Positions 45,867 through 56,529 are shown, counted from the first letter of the stretch. The stretch is 64,000 nt of DNA from an uncultured Planctomycetales bacterium (GCA_964612665.1 CAZTCI010000001.1:252896-316895); one strand, 5' to 3'. Numbers and translations are program-made. The notes: generated by a model not told the origin, from the letters alone.

Positions 45867-47792
45867 CTATGGTTTGTTAAAAACAGTTGTGTTGATTAAT
45901 TGTGTTAATTCATCCGACAAAGGGCCAAGGCCGAAATCCTTCAATTTCTCAGCGTATGCTAAAGATTCTTTTTTATCACCGACATCGCGGTAATAAATCA
46001 GAACCATTTTAAAATACTGTTCGACATTGAGCGGGGTTGGTTCAAGCTGAACAAACCTCTGATAACAAGCGACCGCGTTTACGTAATCTTTTTTGCGAAA
46101 ATAGAGATACCCGAGCTGATGGTAAGTGTCAGCATCGGAATTATCCAAATCCGTAACCCGTTTTAAATTGGTGATCGCCGCATCCAAATCTTTTTTCTCT
46201 TTGTACGTTATCCCCAGATGATAAAAAAACCTCGCTTCATTTGGTTGAAGGGCAATGGCTTTTTGTAAATATTGAATGGCATGATCGAAATCTTTCTCCC
46301 CTCTATAAACGAGCCCTAAATTATAAACGTAACGCGCGTCATCCGGCGCTAAAGAAATCGCTTTTTGCAAATAGGGGACCGCTTGCGCGTATTGTTTATG
46401 ATCATAGAGACTGCCAGCTAAATTAATATACGGTCTGAGCTTATTGGGTGATTTTTCGACGGCGTCTTTCCAAATCCTGGTTTCATCCGCCCACAAATAA
46501 TTACGCCCAATCGTCAAACCAGCCCAAAGGCATAGAACCCCTAAAACAATAGCCGTTCTTATTCTCCCGTTTAGAAAGAGACCGCCTAAGACAGCCAAGA
46601 CAATCGCAAATCCAACGCTGGGTAAATAAACACGATACTCTGCAATCACATGTCCCACAGGAATGACACTCGAGTCAACGGCAAGCGTTATAAAGAACCA
46701 AAAAATAAAAAATGAGAGAATGCGGCTGTATTTATAAATCAGTATCCCGATACATAGAATTCCGACGATCAATATCGCTGAAAGAATTACGCCAGGATCA
46801 CGCCAGGTATGGACACTGGGAAAATCATAATCAATGTTTTGACCTAATGGGATGATAAGTAATTTAAGGTAAGTGCGAATGACGTTAAGTTCGGTCAGAA
46901 AATATTCTAAACGTGTCAGCGTTGCCCCTCCGCCCTTCGTGATATCAAAACTTTCCGTCAATTTTTCCCGGCCCATCATATGGTCATCTTTCACCTGGGC
47001 AATCGCTGCGACACCCGTCACATTTTTGGGCGTTGTTGCCAGCATAAAAGGAATGATGGCCAATGCTAACAAAAACGGCGTTAACCGCTTTGTGCGTTTC
47101 AGGAGCGATTCGTTTCCATCATTGAAGGAATAAAATTCATACAATCCGATAACAAAGGGTAAAGTAAATGCGATCTCTTTTGAAAGCATGGCGAGGATCG
47201 TCGTTGAAAGCGCGGCAAGATAAAACAAGTTTTTCTGGGCAACACGCGCACGAATATAAAGAATTAAACTTAAGACATAAGAAAAACTGGCTAAAAGCAC
47301 AAAACGCTGTGTAAGAAAATTAACCGGCTCGGTTTGAACCGGATGTACAAGGAATATCAATCCGGCCCAGAATGCTGTCCATTTAATATTCCAGCCCCGA
47401 CGTTTTTGCCAATTATCCGACGAGAAGAGACTCAATGTCAAATAACATAAATCATAAACCGCAAACGCAACAGCGATATGAATCAAAAGATTAACCAGCC
47501 GGTAACCGCGTGGATCGAGGGCGCTAAACCAATAATTTAAACCAAAACTTAAACCCACCACAACCCGCGTATTAAAGGCATCTAGAAAAGAACCTAAATT
47601 CTTCAAGCTATGAATAACCGGGTTCATTTCAATCGAGATCTTGTCATCAAAGAAAAAATAATGCGCCTGCAAGGAAACAGCGTAAAGTAAAAATCCAATC
47701 AAGGTTAACAGAATAAAAACAAACTTATCGTAGTTGGCCGTGCGCGGCTGGCTTAGAATTTCACTCCACGAAATTTTTTGCATATTTTTCAA
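45867..47792 (-). CDS. TPR-repeat membrane protein (PMT/GT39-like N-terminal multi-TM domain + C-terminal TPRs)
   Basis: 641 aa; about 11 TM helices N-terminally, then at least 5 TPR-like repeats (YNLGLVYRGEKDFDHAIQYLQKA...). Confidence 0.6.
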   Translation of the reverse strand: MKNMQKISWSEILSQPRTANYDKFVFILLTLIGFLLYAVSLQAHYFFFDDKISIEMNPVIHSLKNLGSFLDAFNTRVVVGLSFGLNYWFSALDPRGYRLVNLLIHIAVAFAVYDLCYLTLSLFSSDNWQKRRGWNIKWTAFWAGLIFLVHPVQTEPVNFLTQRFVLLASFSYVLSLILYIRARVAQKNLFYLAALSTTILAMLSKEIAFTLPFVIGLYEFYSFNDGNESLLKRTKRLTPFLLALAIIPFMLATTPKNVTGVAAIAQVKDDHMMGREKLTESFDITKGGGATLTRLEYFLTELNVIRTYLKLLIIPLGQNIDYDFPSVHTWRDPGVILSAILIVGILCIGILIYKYSRILSFFIFWFFITLAVDSSVIPVGHVIAEYRVYLPSVGFAIVLAVLGGLFLNGRIRTAIVLGVLCLWAGLTIGRNYLWADETRIWKDAVEKSPNKLRPYINLAGSLYDHKQYAQAVPYLQKAISLAPDDARYVYNLGLVYRGEKDFDHAIQYLQKAIALQPNEARFFYHLGITYKEKKDLDAAITNLKRVTDLDNSDADTYHQLGYLYFRKKDYVNAVACYQRFVQLEPTPLNVEQYFKMVLIYYRDVGDKKESLAYAEKLKDFGLGPLSDELTQLINTTVFNKP

Positions 47793-48259
47793 AGATCCAA
47801 TTTGAGTTTGGCCAGCAATTTTTGGTTGTTGATGTCGGCGGCGTATATTTTAATCAGCCGCTTCTCTTCTCCGCTATGTTGAAGCTCTATCTTAATCGCG
47901 TTTGGGGGGAAAAGTTTTCCCAAACGCTCCGCCCATTCGACGACGGCAACACCTTCTCCGTAAAAATACTCTTCATAATCCAGCATTAAAATCTGTTTTT
48001 CGTTTTCAAGCCGGTATAAATCAAAATGAAACAAAGGCATTCGCCCGTCGTAAGAATTCATCAAAACAAAAGTCGGGCTGTTGACTTCGGTTGATTTGAT
48101 GCCAAGTCCGGCGGCGATGCCTTTGACCAGCGTTGTTTTACCGCTGCCTAAATCACCTGACAAACAAATGATATCACCAGGCTTTAAAAAACCGGCCAAT
48201 TTTTTGCCGATTGTTATGGTTTGTTTTTGACTTTGGGAGAGAATTTTAAATGACGGCAT
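47789..48259 (-). CDS. tsaE: tRNA threonylcarbamoyladenosine biosynthesis ATPase TsaE
   Basis: Walker A GDLGSGKTTLVKG; 156 aa YjeE-like. Confidence 0.8.
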   Translation of the reverse strand: MPSFKILSQSQKQTITIGKKLAGFLKPGDIICLSGDLGSGKTTLVKGIAAGLGIKSTEVNSPTFVLMNSYDGRMPLFHFDLYRLENEKQILMLDYEEYFYGEGVAVVEWAERLGKLFPPNAIKIELQHSGEEKRLIKIYAADINNQKLLAKLKLDL

Positions 48260-48261
48260 TT

Positions 48262-49173
48262 TTAAAAATGTTTAAACCCGCTCAAGGGAAGAGGAGCAAT
48301 TTCTTTGTGAACATTCAGTAAAGTTAACCCCTCACGACGGTCAACAATTTCACCAATGGGATAAAAACGAAAGGATTTTCGTCGGGATAACAAGTCTTTT
48401 GCCTTCAAAGGATTTAAAGTAAATAACAACTCAAAATCTTCACCGTCACTTAAAGCCTCTTTAAGCGTGGCGTTTTTTGTTTTTGGAATTTTAGTTTCAT
48501 CCAATTTAGCGCCGACACGGCTTGCTTTTAAAATATGGCCCAAATCCGCGGCGAGTCCGTCGGAAATATCCATCATCGCGCTTGGTTTAAAATGGTTCAC
48601 TAAAAACTGCGCCTCGTGGATACGCGGTGTGAACGTGAGATGTTTACCCGTTTGAAACGAACGGCCCAGCGGTCCGGTGACAAAAATTATATCGCCTATC
48701 CGAGCGCCTCGACGGTAAATGACATGATTTCTTTTAACTTCACCCCAGAGCGCCACATTGATAATAATTTTATCGTTTCTAACCGTGTCCCCGCCAACAA
48801 TAGCCACTTTAAAGGCTTTGGCTGAATCATTAATCCCCTCGTAAATTTTCTTCACATACTGAACTTCTAAATCAGCCGGAACAGTCAACGACACAACCGC
48901 AAACTTAGGAACGCCTCCCATGGCCGCCACATCGCTCACATTACACGCCAGCGCCTTGTGTCCGACGGAGTTTGGCTTCATCAAACGAGTGAAATGCGTT
49001 CCCTCAACCAGCATGTCGGTTGTGAACAAGAAAAATATATTCTTGGCATGTGAATGGCGAATGACCGCCGTATCATCGCCGATTCCTTTAACAACTTCAG
49101 ATGAACCGGGCGTGTGCTTCGCGATTAAATCAATCAATCCAAATTCGCCGAGGGCGGATAATTTCTTAGACAT
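48262..49173 (-). CDS. thiL: thiamine-monophosphate kinase
   Basis: AIR-synthase-related fold; the N-terminal LSALGEFGLIDLI is typical of ThiL; 303 aa. Confidence 0.8.
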   Translation of the reverse strand: MSKKLSALGEFGLIDLIAKHTPGSSEVVKGIGDDTAVIRHSHAKNIFFLFTTDMLVEGTHFTRLMKPNSVGHKALACNVSDVAAMGGVPKFAVVSLTVPADLEVQYVKKIYEGINDSAKAFKVAIVGGDTVRNDKIIINVALWGEVKRNHVIYRRGARIGDIIFVTGPLGRSFQTGKHLTFTPRIHEAQFLVNHFKPSAMMDISDGLAADLGHILKASRVGAKLDETKIPKTKNATLKEALSDGEDFELLFTLNPLKAKDLLSRRKSFRFYPIGEIVDRREGLTLLNVHKEIAPLPLSGFKHF

Positions 49174-49186
49174 TTTTAGGGTACCC

Positions 49187-50230
49187 CTAAACCCTTTTCA
49201 ACATCTTTTCAATCTGTTCCGGCAAAGGCTGGCGAATGATTCCGTATTCCGTCACAATACCTGTAATTAAACTATGGTCCGTTACATCGAAGGCGGGATT
49301 ATAAACTTTTATTTCTCGCGGGGCGGTACGGCGGCCGGCCCATTCGCAGATCTCCGACGGGCTTCGTTCTTCAATGGGAATTTGACGGCCGCTTTTTATT
49401 TTTTGGTCAAAGGTTGAAAGCGGTGCCACGATATAAAAAGGAATGCCGTGGTGTTTTGCCAGAACAGCAAGGTTATAAGTTCCAATTTTATTTGCCGTGT
49501 CACCGTTACGCGCGATGCGGTCAGCGCCGGCAAAAATAATGTCGACCTTCCCTTGTTTCATCAAAGTCGCCGCCATGTTATCGCAAATCAAAGTCGTGTC
49601 GATCTTCTCACGCGTCAATTCCCACGCCGTCAAACGCGCGCCTTGCAGTAACGGACGCGTTTCACAGCAATAGACTTTAAATTCTTTTCCTTTAGTCTTG
49701 GCGCTGTACATCACACCAAGCGCGGTTCCATAATCAACGGTCGCTAACGCGCCGGCGTTACACACCGTTAAAATGTTCGCCTCATTTTTAATCAACGCCG
49801 CGCCGAAATTGCCCATCGTGCGGCAGACCCGGCGGTCCGTTTCAAAAATATCAAAGGCTTTGTCTTTAAGCAATTGTTTCAATTGTGTAACCGATGCCGA
49901 TGGATTTAAGCGAACGACCTCGCGCATGTCCTGCAAGGCGTTAAAAAGATTAACCGCCGTTGGGCGGGACGTGCCAATGTAATCACAAATCCGATTAATC
50001 TTAAGCTCAAAACGTTTACGATCCTTGCCTTTAAAATTTTTGATCCCTAAAAGAACACCAAACGCCGCAGCGACCCCCAGTGCCGGCGCCCCGCGCACGC
50101 TTAAATTCCGGATCGCTTCCCAAAGCGTTTCGACGTCGTAACAATGAATATATTCTAATTTTAAAGGAAGCTTGCGCTGGTCAATCAGTTTGACGTGACC
50201 GTTTGTCCATTTGATGGTTTCAATAGACAT
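49187..50230 (-). CDS. mtnA: S-methyl-5-thioribose-1-phosphate isomerase (eIF-2B-like family)
   Basis: 347 aa; the N-terminal ...WTNGHVKLIDQRKLP... and full-length pattern are typical of MtnA. Confidence 0.75.
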   Translation of the reverse strand: MSIETIKWTNGHVKLIDQRKLPLKLEYIHCYDVETLWEAIRNLSVRGAPALGVAAAFGVLLGIKNFKGKDRKRFELKINRICDYIGTSRPTAVNLFNALQDMREVVRLNPSASVTQLKQLLKDKAFDIFETDRRVCRTMGNFGAALIKNEANILTVCNAGALATVDYGTALGVMYSAKTKGKEFKVYCCETRPLLQGARLTAWELTREKIDTTLICDNMAATLMKQGKVDIIFAGADRIARNGDTANKIGTYNLAVLAKHHGIPFYIVAPLSTFDQKIKSGRQIPIEERSPSEICEWAGRRTAPREIKVYNPAFDVTDHSLITGIVTEYGIIRQPLPEQIEKMLKRV

Positions 50231-50557
50231 TTATTTTCCCGATAGGCGTTCTTGAATAACCAATTGCGTACAATAATCAATGAGTTCACTTAGGGGAACT
50301 TTAAAAGTGGAAGTCATTGCGTATAAATCTGCGGTGACCTCTCGAAAACGCGCAATTTCACGAATCCGAGGAAGAGGGTTATGCCAACGGTCATCATCTA
50401 ATGTTAAATCTATAAGATTTAGTGCTTCTTCATAAGCCAAATTGCGGTTTCTTTGATCATGACGCAATTCACAATTATAAGCGCGCATGAGAGCGGAACC
50501 AATATTACCCATTTGAGTAGCCAGCGATAATTGTTGCCAATTTAAAGGTGCAATCAT
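50231..50557 (-). CDS. hypothetical protein (108 aa)
   Basis: No recognisable family; no spacer to either neighbour (mtnA and the 150-aa ORF). Confidence 0.4.
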   Translation of the reverse strand: MIAPLNWQQLSLATQMGNIGSALMRAYNCELRHDQRNRNLAYEEALNLIDLTLDDDRWHNPLPRIREIARFREVTADLYAMTSTFKVPLSELIDYCTQLVIQERLSGK

Positions 50558-51010
50558 TTACTCCACCAATTCATTCACGATAGATTCTATTTTTCTTTGG
50601 ATATTAGTGTCTTGTATTTCTGTAGAATAATTCTTAACGGCTGGACGAATATTGATTAATGACGTATAGGCAAGTCTTTCTTTAACTGGTCTATCCATAT
50701 AAAGATTGAAGCCCCAAAGGTCACTCTGTTTTGATCCATCATTTAAGAGAACACTTTCTGCATCAGAATGAAGGCTCCCTCCCAACGCTAATAAGCGTCT
50801 TTGAAGATCAATTACACCCTTAATCATCGTTCCATAGTTTAAATCGACCAATTCTTTGAGTCTTGTCTGATTAATCCGTGATCGAATAATGTGAATTTCC
50901 ATAGAATTTATTGGCCTTTTCCTTTCCAAAGAAAGGTTGTTCTTTTCGTCATCGAAGAGAAAAGGCCTAATATTGAGTTTTGTTGCATCCTTTGGATTTA
51001 CAAAACTCAA
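50558..51010 (-). CDS. hypothetical protein (150 aa)
   Basis: No recognisable family; sits between metG and the 108-aa ORF. Confidence 0.4.
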   Translation of the reverse strand: MSFVNPKDATKLNIRPFLFDDEKNNLSLERKRPINSMEIHIIRSRINQTRLKELVDLNYGTMIKGVIDLQRRLLALGGSLHSDAESVLLNDGSKQSDLWGFNLYMDRPVKERLAYTSLINIRPAVKNYSTEIQDTNIQRKIESIVNELVE

Positions 51011-51040
51011 TAATATTACTGTTAACCAAAATATTTTATA

Positions 51041-52546
51041 TCATTCCGATTTTATTTCCAATCGTGGGAACAAAGGTTCGTGAGGTTTTAACGGTGTTCT
51101 TGATTTTAATTCTCCCCACTTTAAAACTGAACCTTCCGCCCCTAAGATTTCCAAAACCCTCGCACACCGCTCAGGCATAACGGGGCTCAAGAGAATTGCG
51201 CTTAAACGCAGTGCTTCCGTCGCTGTATAGATAATCCGGCCGGCGGCGGGTTTGTCAATTTTGACGACCTTCCACGGCGCTTGGGATTCCAGGTATTTAT
51301 TCACCTGGCGCACGAAAATAATAACTGATTCGATGGCTTCATGAACGCGAAGTTCACTGATGTATTGTTGAACGGTTGCGGGCAGTGATTCAAAAGATTT
51401 TTGCAGCGCTAATTCTTCGGCGGTAGGCTGCCCTTCCTCCGGCACAGCGCCGTCAAAAAGCTTCGCGGTCAAACCGCTCACGCGATTTAAAAGGTTGCCG
51501 AAATCATTCGCGAGATCACTGTTAAAACGTTTAATGAATGATTCAAGCGTAAAATTCGCATCCTGGCCCAAAACCATTTCCCTCATCAAATAATAACGCA
51601 CGGCATCGACGCCATATTGCTCAATCAAATCGAGCGGATTCACGACGTTGCCGAGCGACTTACTCATCTTACTTTCGCCGATCAACCACCAGCCATGGGC
51701 AAAAATCGTTTTCGGTAATGGTAAACCTAATGCAAAAAGCATCGTCGGCCAGTACACCGCGTGCGTCGTTAGAATATCTTTTCCAATCAAATGAATGTCG
51801 GCTGGCCACCACGTGTTGAATTTCGTTTCATCCGACGTATAACCAGGCACGGTAATATAATTCACGAGCGCATCAAACCAAACATACGTGACATAATCGC
51901 GGTCAAAAGGAATTTCAATGCCCCAACTTAATCGCGCTTTAGGACGGGAAATACAAAGATCGCCCAGCGGCTGGCGCAAGAATCCCAAGATTTCGTTACG
52001 ACGATGAGCCGGCTGAATAAATTCTGGATGCACTTCGATATATTCGATGAGCTTTTTCTGATATTGGCCCATCTTAAAAAACCAGTTGCGCTCTTTGAGC
52101 TGTTTGACTTCGCGGAATTGACCGGATTCTTTTTCGAGATCTGTAATGAACCGCTCTTCAGCCACGGAATACCAGCCTTCATATTCCGCCGCATAGATTT
52201 CGCCGGCTTCGAAAAGTTTTTGCAAGGATTTCTGAACAACGTCGATGTGGCGCTTTTGCGTTGTGCGGATGAAATCATTGTAACGGATATTTAATTTTTC
52301 CCAAAGCTGAATGAACCGCGGCGCCAAGTCATCGCAGTGCTGCTGAGGCGTCAGTCCTCTTTTCTGGGCGGCTTGCTCAACTTTTTGACCGTGTTCATCC
52401 AAACCGGTTAGGAAAAAAACTTCCTCTCCGGTGTTACGGTGAAAACGGGTCAGCACATCCGCGAGGATTGTCGTGTAGGCGTGGCCGATGTGGGGTTTAT
52501 CGTTGACGTAATAAATCGGCGTTGTGATATAAAATTTGTTTTTCAT
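51041..52546 (-). CDS. metG: methionyl-tRNA synthetase (short form without C-terminal tRNA-binding domain)
   Basis: HIGH motif (KPHIGHAYT), KMSKS motif, Zn-knuckle region; 501 aa. Confidence 0.9.
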   Translation of the reverse strand: MKNKFYITTPIYYVNDKPHIGHAYTTILADVLTRFHRNTGEEVFFLTGLDEHGQKVEQAAQKRGLTPQQHCDDLAPRFIQLWEKLNIRYNDFIRTTQKRHIDVVQKSLQKLFEAGEIYAAEYEGWYSVAEERFITDLEKESGQFREVKQLKERNWFFKMGQYQKKLIEYIEVHPEFIQPAHRRNEILGFLRQPLGDLCISRPKARLSWGIEIPFDRDYVTYVWFDALVNYITVPGYTSDETKFNTWWPADIHLIGKDILTTHAVYWPTMLFALGLPLPKTIFAHGWWLIGESKMSKSLGNVVNPLDLIEQYGVDAVRYYLMREMVLGQDANFTLESFIKRFNSDLANDFGNLLNRVSGLTAKLFDGAVPEEGQPTAEELALQKSFESLPATVQQYISELRVHEAIESVIIFVRQVNKYLESQAPWKVVKIDKPAAGRIIYTATEALRLSAILLSPVMPERCARVLEILGAEGSVLKWGELKSRTPLKPHEPLFPRLEIKSE

Positions 52547-52602
52547 TTACCAAAAAGGGCGGGGAAACCCCGCCCCTACGATTACAATATTAAAATCATG
52601 CG

Positions 52603-53400
52603 TTAATTCTCATTGGCCTTGGCGTAAAAAACTTTCGTGACCCGGCCTTCTCCTAAATCTATGTTGACATAACGTTTCAAAATGTTCACGTCAATCACTT
52701 TCCCTTTTCCATCGGGCGTAGTCACTTCTTCACCGGCGCGCGGCAGGCTGCGGGCGTATTCTTTATAAACACTGTATTCATAGGCCATGCAGCATTTGAT
52801 CCGGCCGCAGACGCCTGAAATTTTGGTAGGATTTAAAGGCAGGCCCTGTTCTTTGGCCATTTTGATTGAAAGCGGATGGAAACCCTTCATATAGGAAGAA
52901 CAGCACAACTCACGGCCGCAGACACCGTATCCGGCGATGATTTTGGCTTTGTCTCTGACGCCGATCTGTTTAAGCTCAATGCGCACGCGAAAAACGCGGG
53001 CTAAATCTTTAACCAGATTGCGAAAATCAACGCGGCCTTCGGCGGTAAAAAAGAAAATAAGCTTCGTGCCGTCGAACGAATATTCCGCCTTCACAATCTG
53101 CATGTCGAGTTTACGTTCGTGAACTTTACGCAAACAAATATTAACGGCGTCTTTGGCGTTGATCCGGTTGTGTTCGATTTGTTTCAGATCTCCATCGGAA
53201 GCTCTACGCAATAATTTGCCTTCGATTGCTTCGGGTTTGGTTTTGCAAACCTTGTTGGGATCCGAAATAACGCGGCCGAATTCGGCGCCTCTTTCTACCT
53301 CGAGGATAATGATGTTATCGCGCTGGCATTCAATGTTATTGAGATGACAAAAAATTATCTGGCGAAAATCACCGACCTGAACTTCAATTATGCTCTCCAT
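52603..53400 (-). CDS. PSP1 C-terminal domain protein (YaaT/RicT-like)
   Basis: 265 aa; conserved PSP1 core (...LPLNPTKISGVCGRIKCCMAYEY...) and genomic position after holB, as in B. subtilis yaaT. Confidence 0.7.
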   Translation of the reverse strand: MESIIEVQVGDFRQIIFCHLNNIECQRDNIIILEVERGAEFGRVISDPNKVCKTKPEAIEGKLLRRASDGDLKQIEHNRINAKDAVNICLRKVHERKLDMQIVKAEYSFDGTKLIFFFTAEGRVDFRNLVKDLARVFRVRIELKQIGVRDKAKIIAGYGVCGRELCCSSYMKGFHPLSIKMAKEQGLPLNPTKISGVCGRIKCCMAYEYSVYKEYARSLPRAGEEVTTPDGKGKVIDVNILKRYVNIDLGEGRVTKVFYAKANEN

Positions 53401-54359
53401 AATTTTTCCTTAAGTAAAGCCACGGGTACTTTGAGGTTGAGATTTTCCTGTAAAAGATTTAAGGCCTTAACCAATTCATCGATAATTTCTTGGATTTGCC
53501 GACGGGAATACTGTTTTTGGCGTTTTTGAAGCTCCGCGCGGCGGTCCCAATGCGCGAGCCAGTTTTCAGGCACGCCGGATTTTATAAGAAATAAATCCTT
53601 AAACCACCATAAAAGCACCGTCAAGAGTTCCTTGGTCTTATCCTTGTCGGCCAAGACTTTTTTCAAATATTCATCGCTCGCCGGCGAAAGGATCATCGCA
53701 TCAATGACTTCGTTTTTACGTTTTAGGAATTTCGAATCGTCAAGTGCCCTGGCCCGGCCCAAACAGCCTTCGGAAAAATGCGCCAGAAAATGCGCGGTTG
53801 ATTCGTCCATAGCATAATCACGATGCAAAGTTTTGGCAAGCACGCTTTGGGCCGCCGGGAAAAAATAAACCGCATGACAACGCGAACGGATCGTATCTAA
53901 ATTTTTTTCAGGGTTAGCAGTGGTTAAAATCAAAAGACTGTTGGCGCTGGGTTCTTCTAATGTTTTTAAAAGCGCGTTGCCGCCTTCAATCGTCAGGTAT
54001 TCGATATTTCTAATAATAACAATCTTTTGTTTCGCTTCGAAAGGTCTTAACTGCATGACGGAAATGAGCTGGCGGATCTGTTCAATTTTAATTGTGTCGG
54101 AATCCTCGACGCGGGTGATTGTGTGAATGTCGGGGTGATGGCCGTGATTTATTTTAGCGCAGCTAGGGCAGGTATCGCAAAACTTTTCTGACGTGAGCTT
54201 CTCACAGTTTAACAATTTGGCAATCGCCAAGGCCGTTTGCGTTTTTCCGGAATCATGCGGCCCGATAAAAAGGTAAGCGTGGGCGAGCCGGCCGTTTTTT
54301 CGAAGGCGGGAAAAGCGATTCAAAATATTTTCGTTAATTGTAATTGTCGGCATCATCAT
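53388..54359 (-). CDS. holB: DNA polymerase III subunit delta prime
   Basis: AAA+ box AYLFIGPHDSGKTQTA, Zn-module CDTCPSCAKINHGHHPD, SRC motif (IRSRCHAV). Confidence 0.8.
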   Translation of the reverse strand: MMMPTITINENILNRFSRLRKNGRLAHAYLFIGPHDSGKTQTALAIAKLLNCEKLTSEKFCDTCPSCAKINHGHHPDIHTITRVEDSDTIKIEQIRQLISVMQLRPFEAKQKIVIIRNIEYLTIEGGNALLKTLEEPSANSLLILTTANPEKNLDTIRSRCHAVYFFPAAQSVLAKTLHRDYAMDESTAHFLAHFSEGCLGRARALDDSKFLKRKNEVIDAMILSPASDEYLKKVLADKDKTKELLTVLLWWFKDLFLIKSGVPENWLAHWDRRAELQKRQKQYSRRQIQEIIDELVKALNLLQENLNLKVPVALLKEKLWRA

Positions 54360-54392
54360 GTACAGACGCCCGCTGGGCCGTCTCTTTTTATC

Positions 54393-55013
54393 TTATGATA
54401 ATCCTATTAATCTATCTACGTATTTGCGGATTTCTCCTTGAATCTCTTCCCGCGGACGATCGGCTTTAATAATTCTGATGCGGTGCGGTTCCCGTCGGGC
54501 TAATTCCAAGTAACCTTGCCGGACCCGATTATGATACTGCAAGGAACGCTGTTCAATCCTGTCCTTCGCGCCCGATTTACGGCCGAATCCTTTTTGGGTC
54601 GTAATATCAAAAAGAAAAGTGATCGCCGGACTCACTCCTTGCGTCACAATTTTCCCAACGTAATTGATAAAATCTCGGTTAACTTTATTGCCGAACCCCT
54701 GATAAACGACCGTTGAATCCAAAAACCGGTCGCAAAGAATAATCGTTCCTCTTTTGAGCGCCGGAATCATGACCTCGCCGACCAACTGGCTGCGCGCCGC
54801 CATATAAAGAAGCGTTTCGCAAACATCATTCATTCCTTTATTCTGTGGATCCAAAAGCAGACGACGGATGGCTTCGCTGATTCTAACGCCACCGGGCTCG
54901 CGCACAAACATGACCCGCTTTTTCTTTTCCACTAAATATTTATAAAGCAGACTCGCCTGCGTGCTTTTGCCGGAGCCTTCGGAGCCTTCAAATGTTATTA
55001 ATTTACCTTTCAT
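54393..55013 (-). CDS. tmk: thymidylate kinase
   Basis: P-loop ITFEGSEGSGKSTQ, DRF/LID motifs; 206 aa. Confidence 0.9.
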   Translation of the reverse strand: MKGKLITFEGSEGSGKSTQASLLYKYLVEKKKRVMFVREPGGVRISEAIRRLLLDPQNKGMNDVCETLLYMAARSQLVGEVMIPALKRGTIILCDRFLDSTVVYQGFGNKVNRDFINYVGKIVTQGVSPAITFLFDITTQKGFGRKSGAKDRIEQRSLQYHNRVRQGYLELARREPHRIRIIKADRPREEIQGEIRKYVDRLIGLS

Positions 55014-55034
55014 TTCTTAACCCTTTAAGCTAAC

Positions 55035-55093
55035 GGGCACAAGTACACAAGGCACATGGCACAACACGGCGTGTGCGCTTGTGCCTTGTGCCC
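55035..55093. repeat. intercistronic palindrome built of GGCACAA/TTGTGCC units (tmk-cysS spacer)
   Basis: GGGCACAAGTACACAAGGCACATGGCACAACACGGCGTGTGCGCTTGTGCCTTGTGCCC; outer 9-bp perfect stem. Confidence 0.55.
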
Positions 55094-55116
55094 AATTATC
55101 AATTTCATTTTGCTAT

Positions 55117-56529
55117 TCAAACTCTTCTCCACGTCTGCCCTTCCTTCGTATCCTCGACGGCAATTCCCTTTTGCAAAAGAAGCGTGCGCAATTCATCGGA
55201 GCGTTTGAAATTTTTTTCGACTCGTGCGGACTTGCGTTCTTCGAATAAGAAATTTTCTTCAGCGCTTAACTCAACAGATTTTTCCTGACCAAACAACCCA
55301 AAAATCTGGCGGGCGAAATTCTCCAAAGCGTCAACCGCTTTATAAATGCCGCTTAAGCGAGCTTCATCGCGTTTTCCATCGTCGATAAATTTATGTGTCG
55401 CGGTGATCAGGTCAAACAAACTGGCCAAAGCTTGCGGCGTATTAAAATCGTCGTCCATCGCCGCCATAAAATTATTTTTGCCTTCCAATATAAAATCCGG
55501 CGCCGGAAATTCTTTAATCTGTTTTCCTTGGAGAATTTCCTGGGCTTTCCAAAAAAGAATATCAAACCGGTTTAAAGCCTTGTGCGCTTCTTCGATTTTG
55601 CCTTCCGTAAAATCAATCGGACTCGCGTAATGCGAAAAAAGAAAAAATATCTTTAAATCATCGACGCTGTGCTTGGCCAGCGCTTGCTGAACCGTAATAA
55701 AATTGCCAAGCGACTTGGCCATTTTCTGGCCATTGATCGTTAAAAGCCCATGGTGGATCCAATACTTAGCAAAAAGTTTGTGGGTCAAAGCTTCAGATTG
55801 AGCGATTTCGTTTTCATGATGAGGAAAAATTAAATCGCGGCCGCCGGCATGAATGTCAATTGTTTGCGCGTGCAAATGTTTCATGCTCATGACTGAACAT
55901 TCGATGTGCCAGCCGGGCCGTCCCGGACCCCAGGGGCTTTCCCACGCCGGTTCGCCGGGTTTTGATTTTTTCCAAAGCGCGAAGTCGAGCGGATCTTTTT
56001 TCTTGGAATCCTTCTCGATCCGCACGGCTTCCATCATTTTATCAATACTTTGTCCGGAAAGTTTTCCATACTCCGAAAATCGCCGCACATCAAAATACAC
56101 ATCTCCGTCGATAACATACGCATAATGCTGCGCAATCAATCCTTGAATATGCTGAATCATCTCAGGGATATCGTTCGTCGCTTTTGGTTCTTCATCCGCC
56201 CGGTCAATGCCTAAGCTTTTTAAATCCCGGTAATATCCGGTGATGTTCGCTTCAGCGACTTCCTGGCTTGTTTTCTTAAGTTCGTTGGCTTTATTGATTA
56301 TTTTATCGTCGACGTCGGTAATATTGCGGACGAATTGAACATCAAACCCGCGGAATTTTAAATAGCGCCGGATAACATCAAAGACATAAAGACTGCGGGC
56401 ATGCCCGATATGACATTCATCGTAGACCGTGACTCCGCAGGAATACATTTTGATAGCCTTACCCTTGGGATCAAGCGGAATGAAGTCTTCTTTGGTTTTG
56501 GTGAGAGAATTGTAGAGGCGGATAGGCAT
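55117..56529 (-). CDS. cysS: cysteinyl-tRNA synthetase
   Basis: HIGH (CHIGHARS), KMSKS (KMAKSLGN), Zn-binding Cys; 470 aa. Confidence 0.9.
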   Translation of the reverse strand: MPIRLYNSLTKTKEDFIPLDPKGKAIKMYSCGVTVYDECHIGHARSLYVFDVIRRYLKFRGFDVQFVRNITDVDDKIINKANELKKTSQEVAEANITGYYRDLKSLGIDRADEEPKATNDIPEMIQHIQGLIAQHYAYVIDGDVYFDVRRFSEYGKLSGQSIDKMMEAVRIEKDSKKKDPLDFALWKKSKPGEPAWESPWGPGRPGWHIECSVMSMKHLHAQTIDIHAGGRDLIFPHHENEIAQSEALTHKLFAKYWIHHGLLTINGQKMAKSLGNFITVQQALAKHSVDDLKIFFLFSHYASPIDFTEGKIEEAHKALNRFDILFWKAQEILQGKQIKEFPAPDFILEGKNNFMAAMDDDFNTPQALASLFDLITATHKFIDDGKRDEARLSGIYKAVDALENFARQIFGLFGQEKSVELSAEENFLFEERKSARVEKNFKRSDELRTLLLQKGIAVEDTKEGQTWRRV

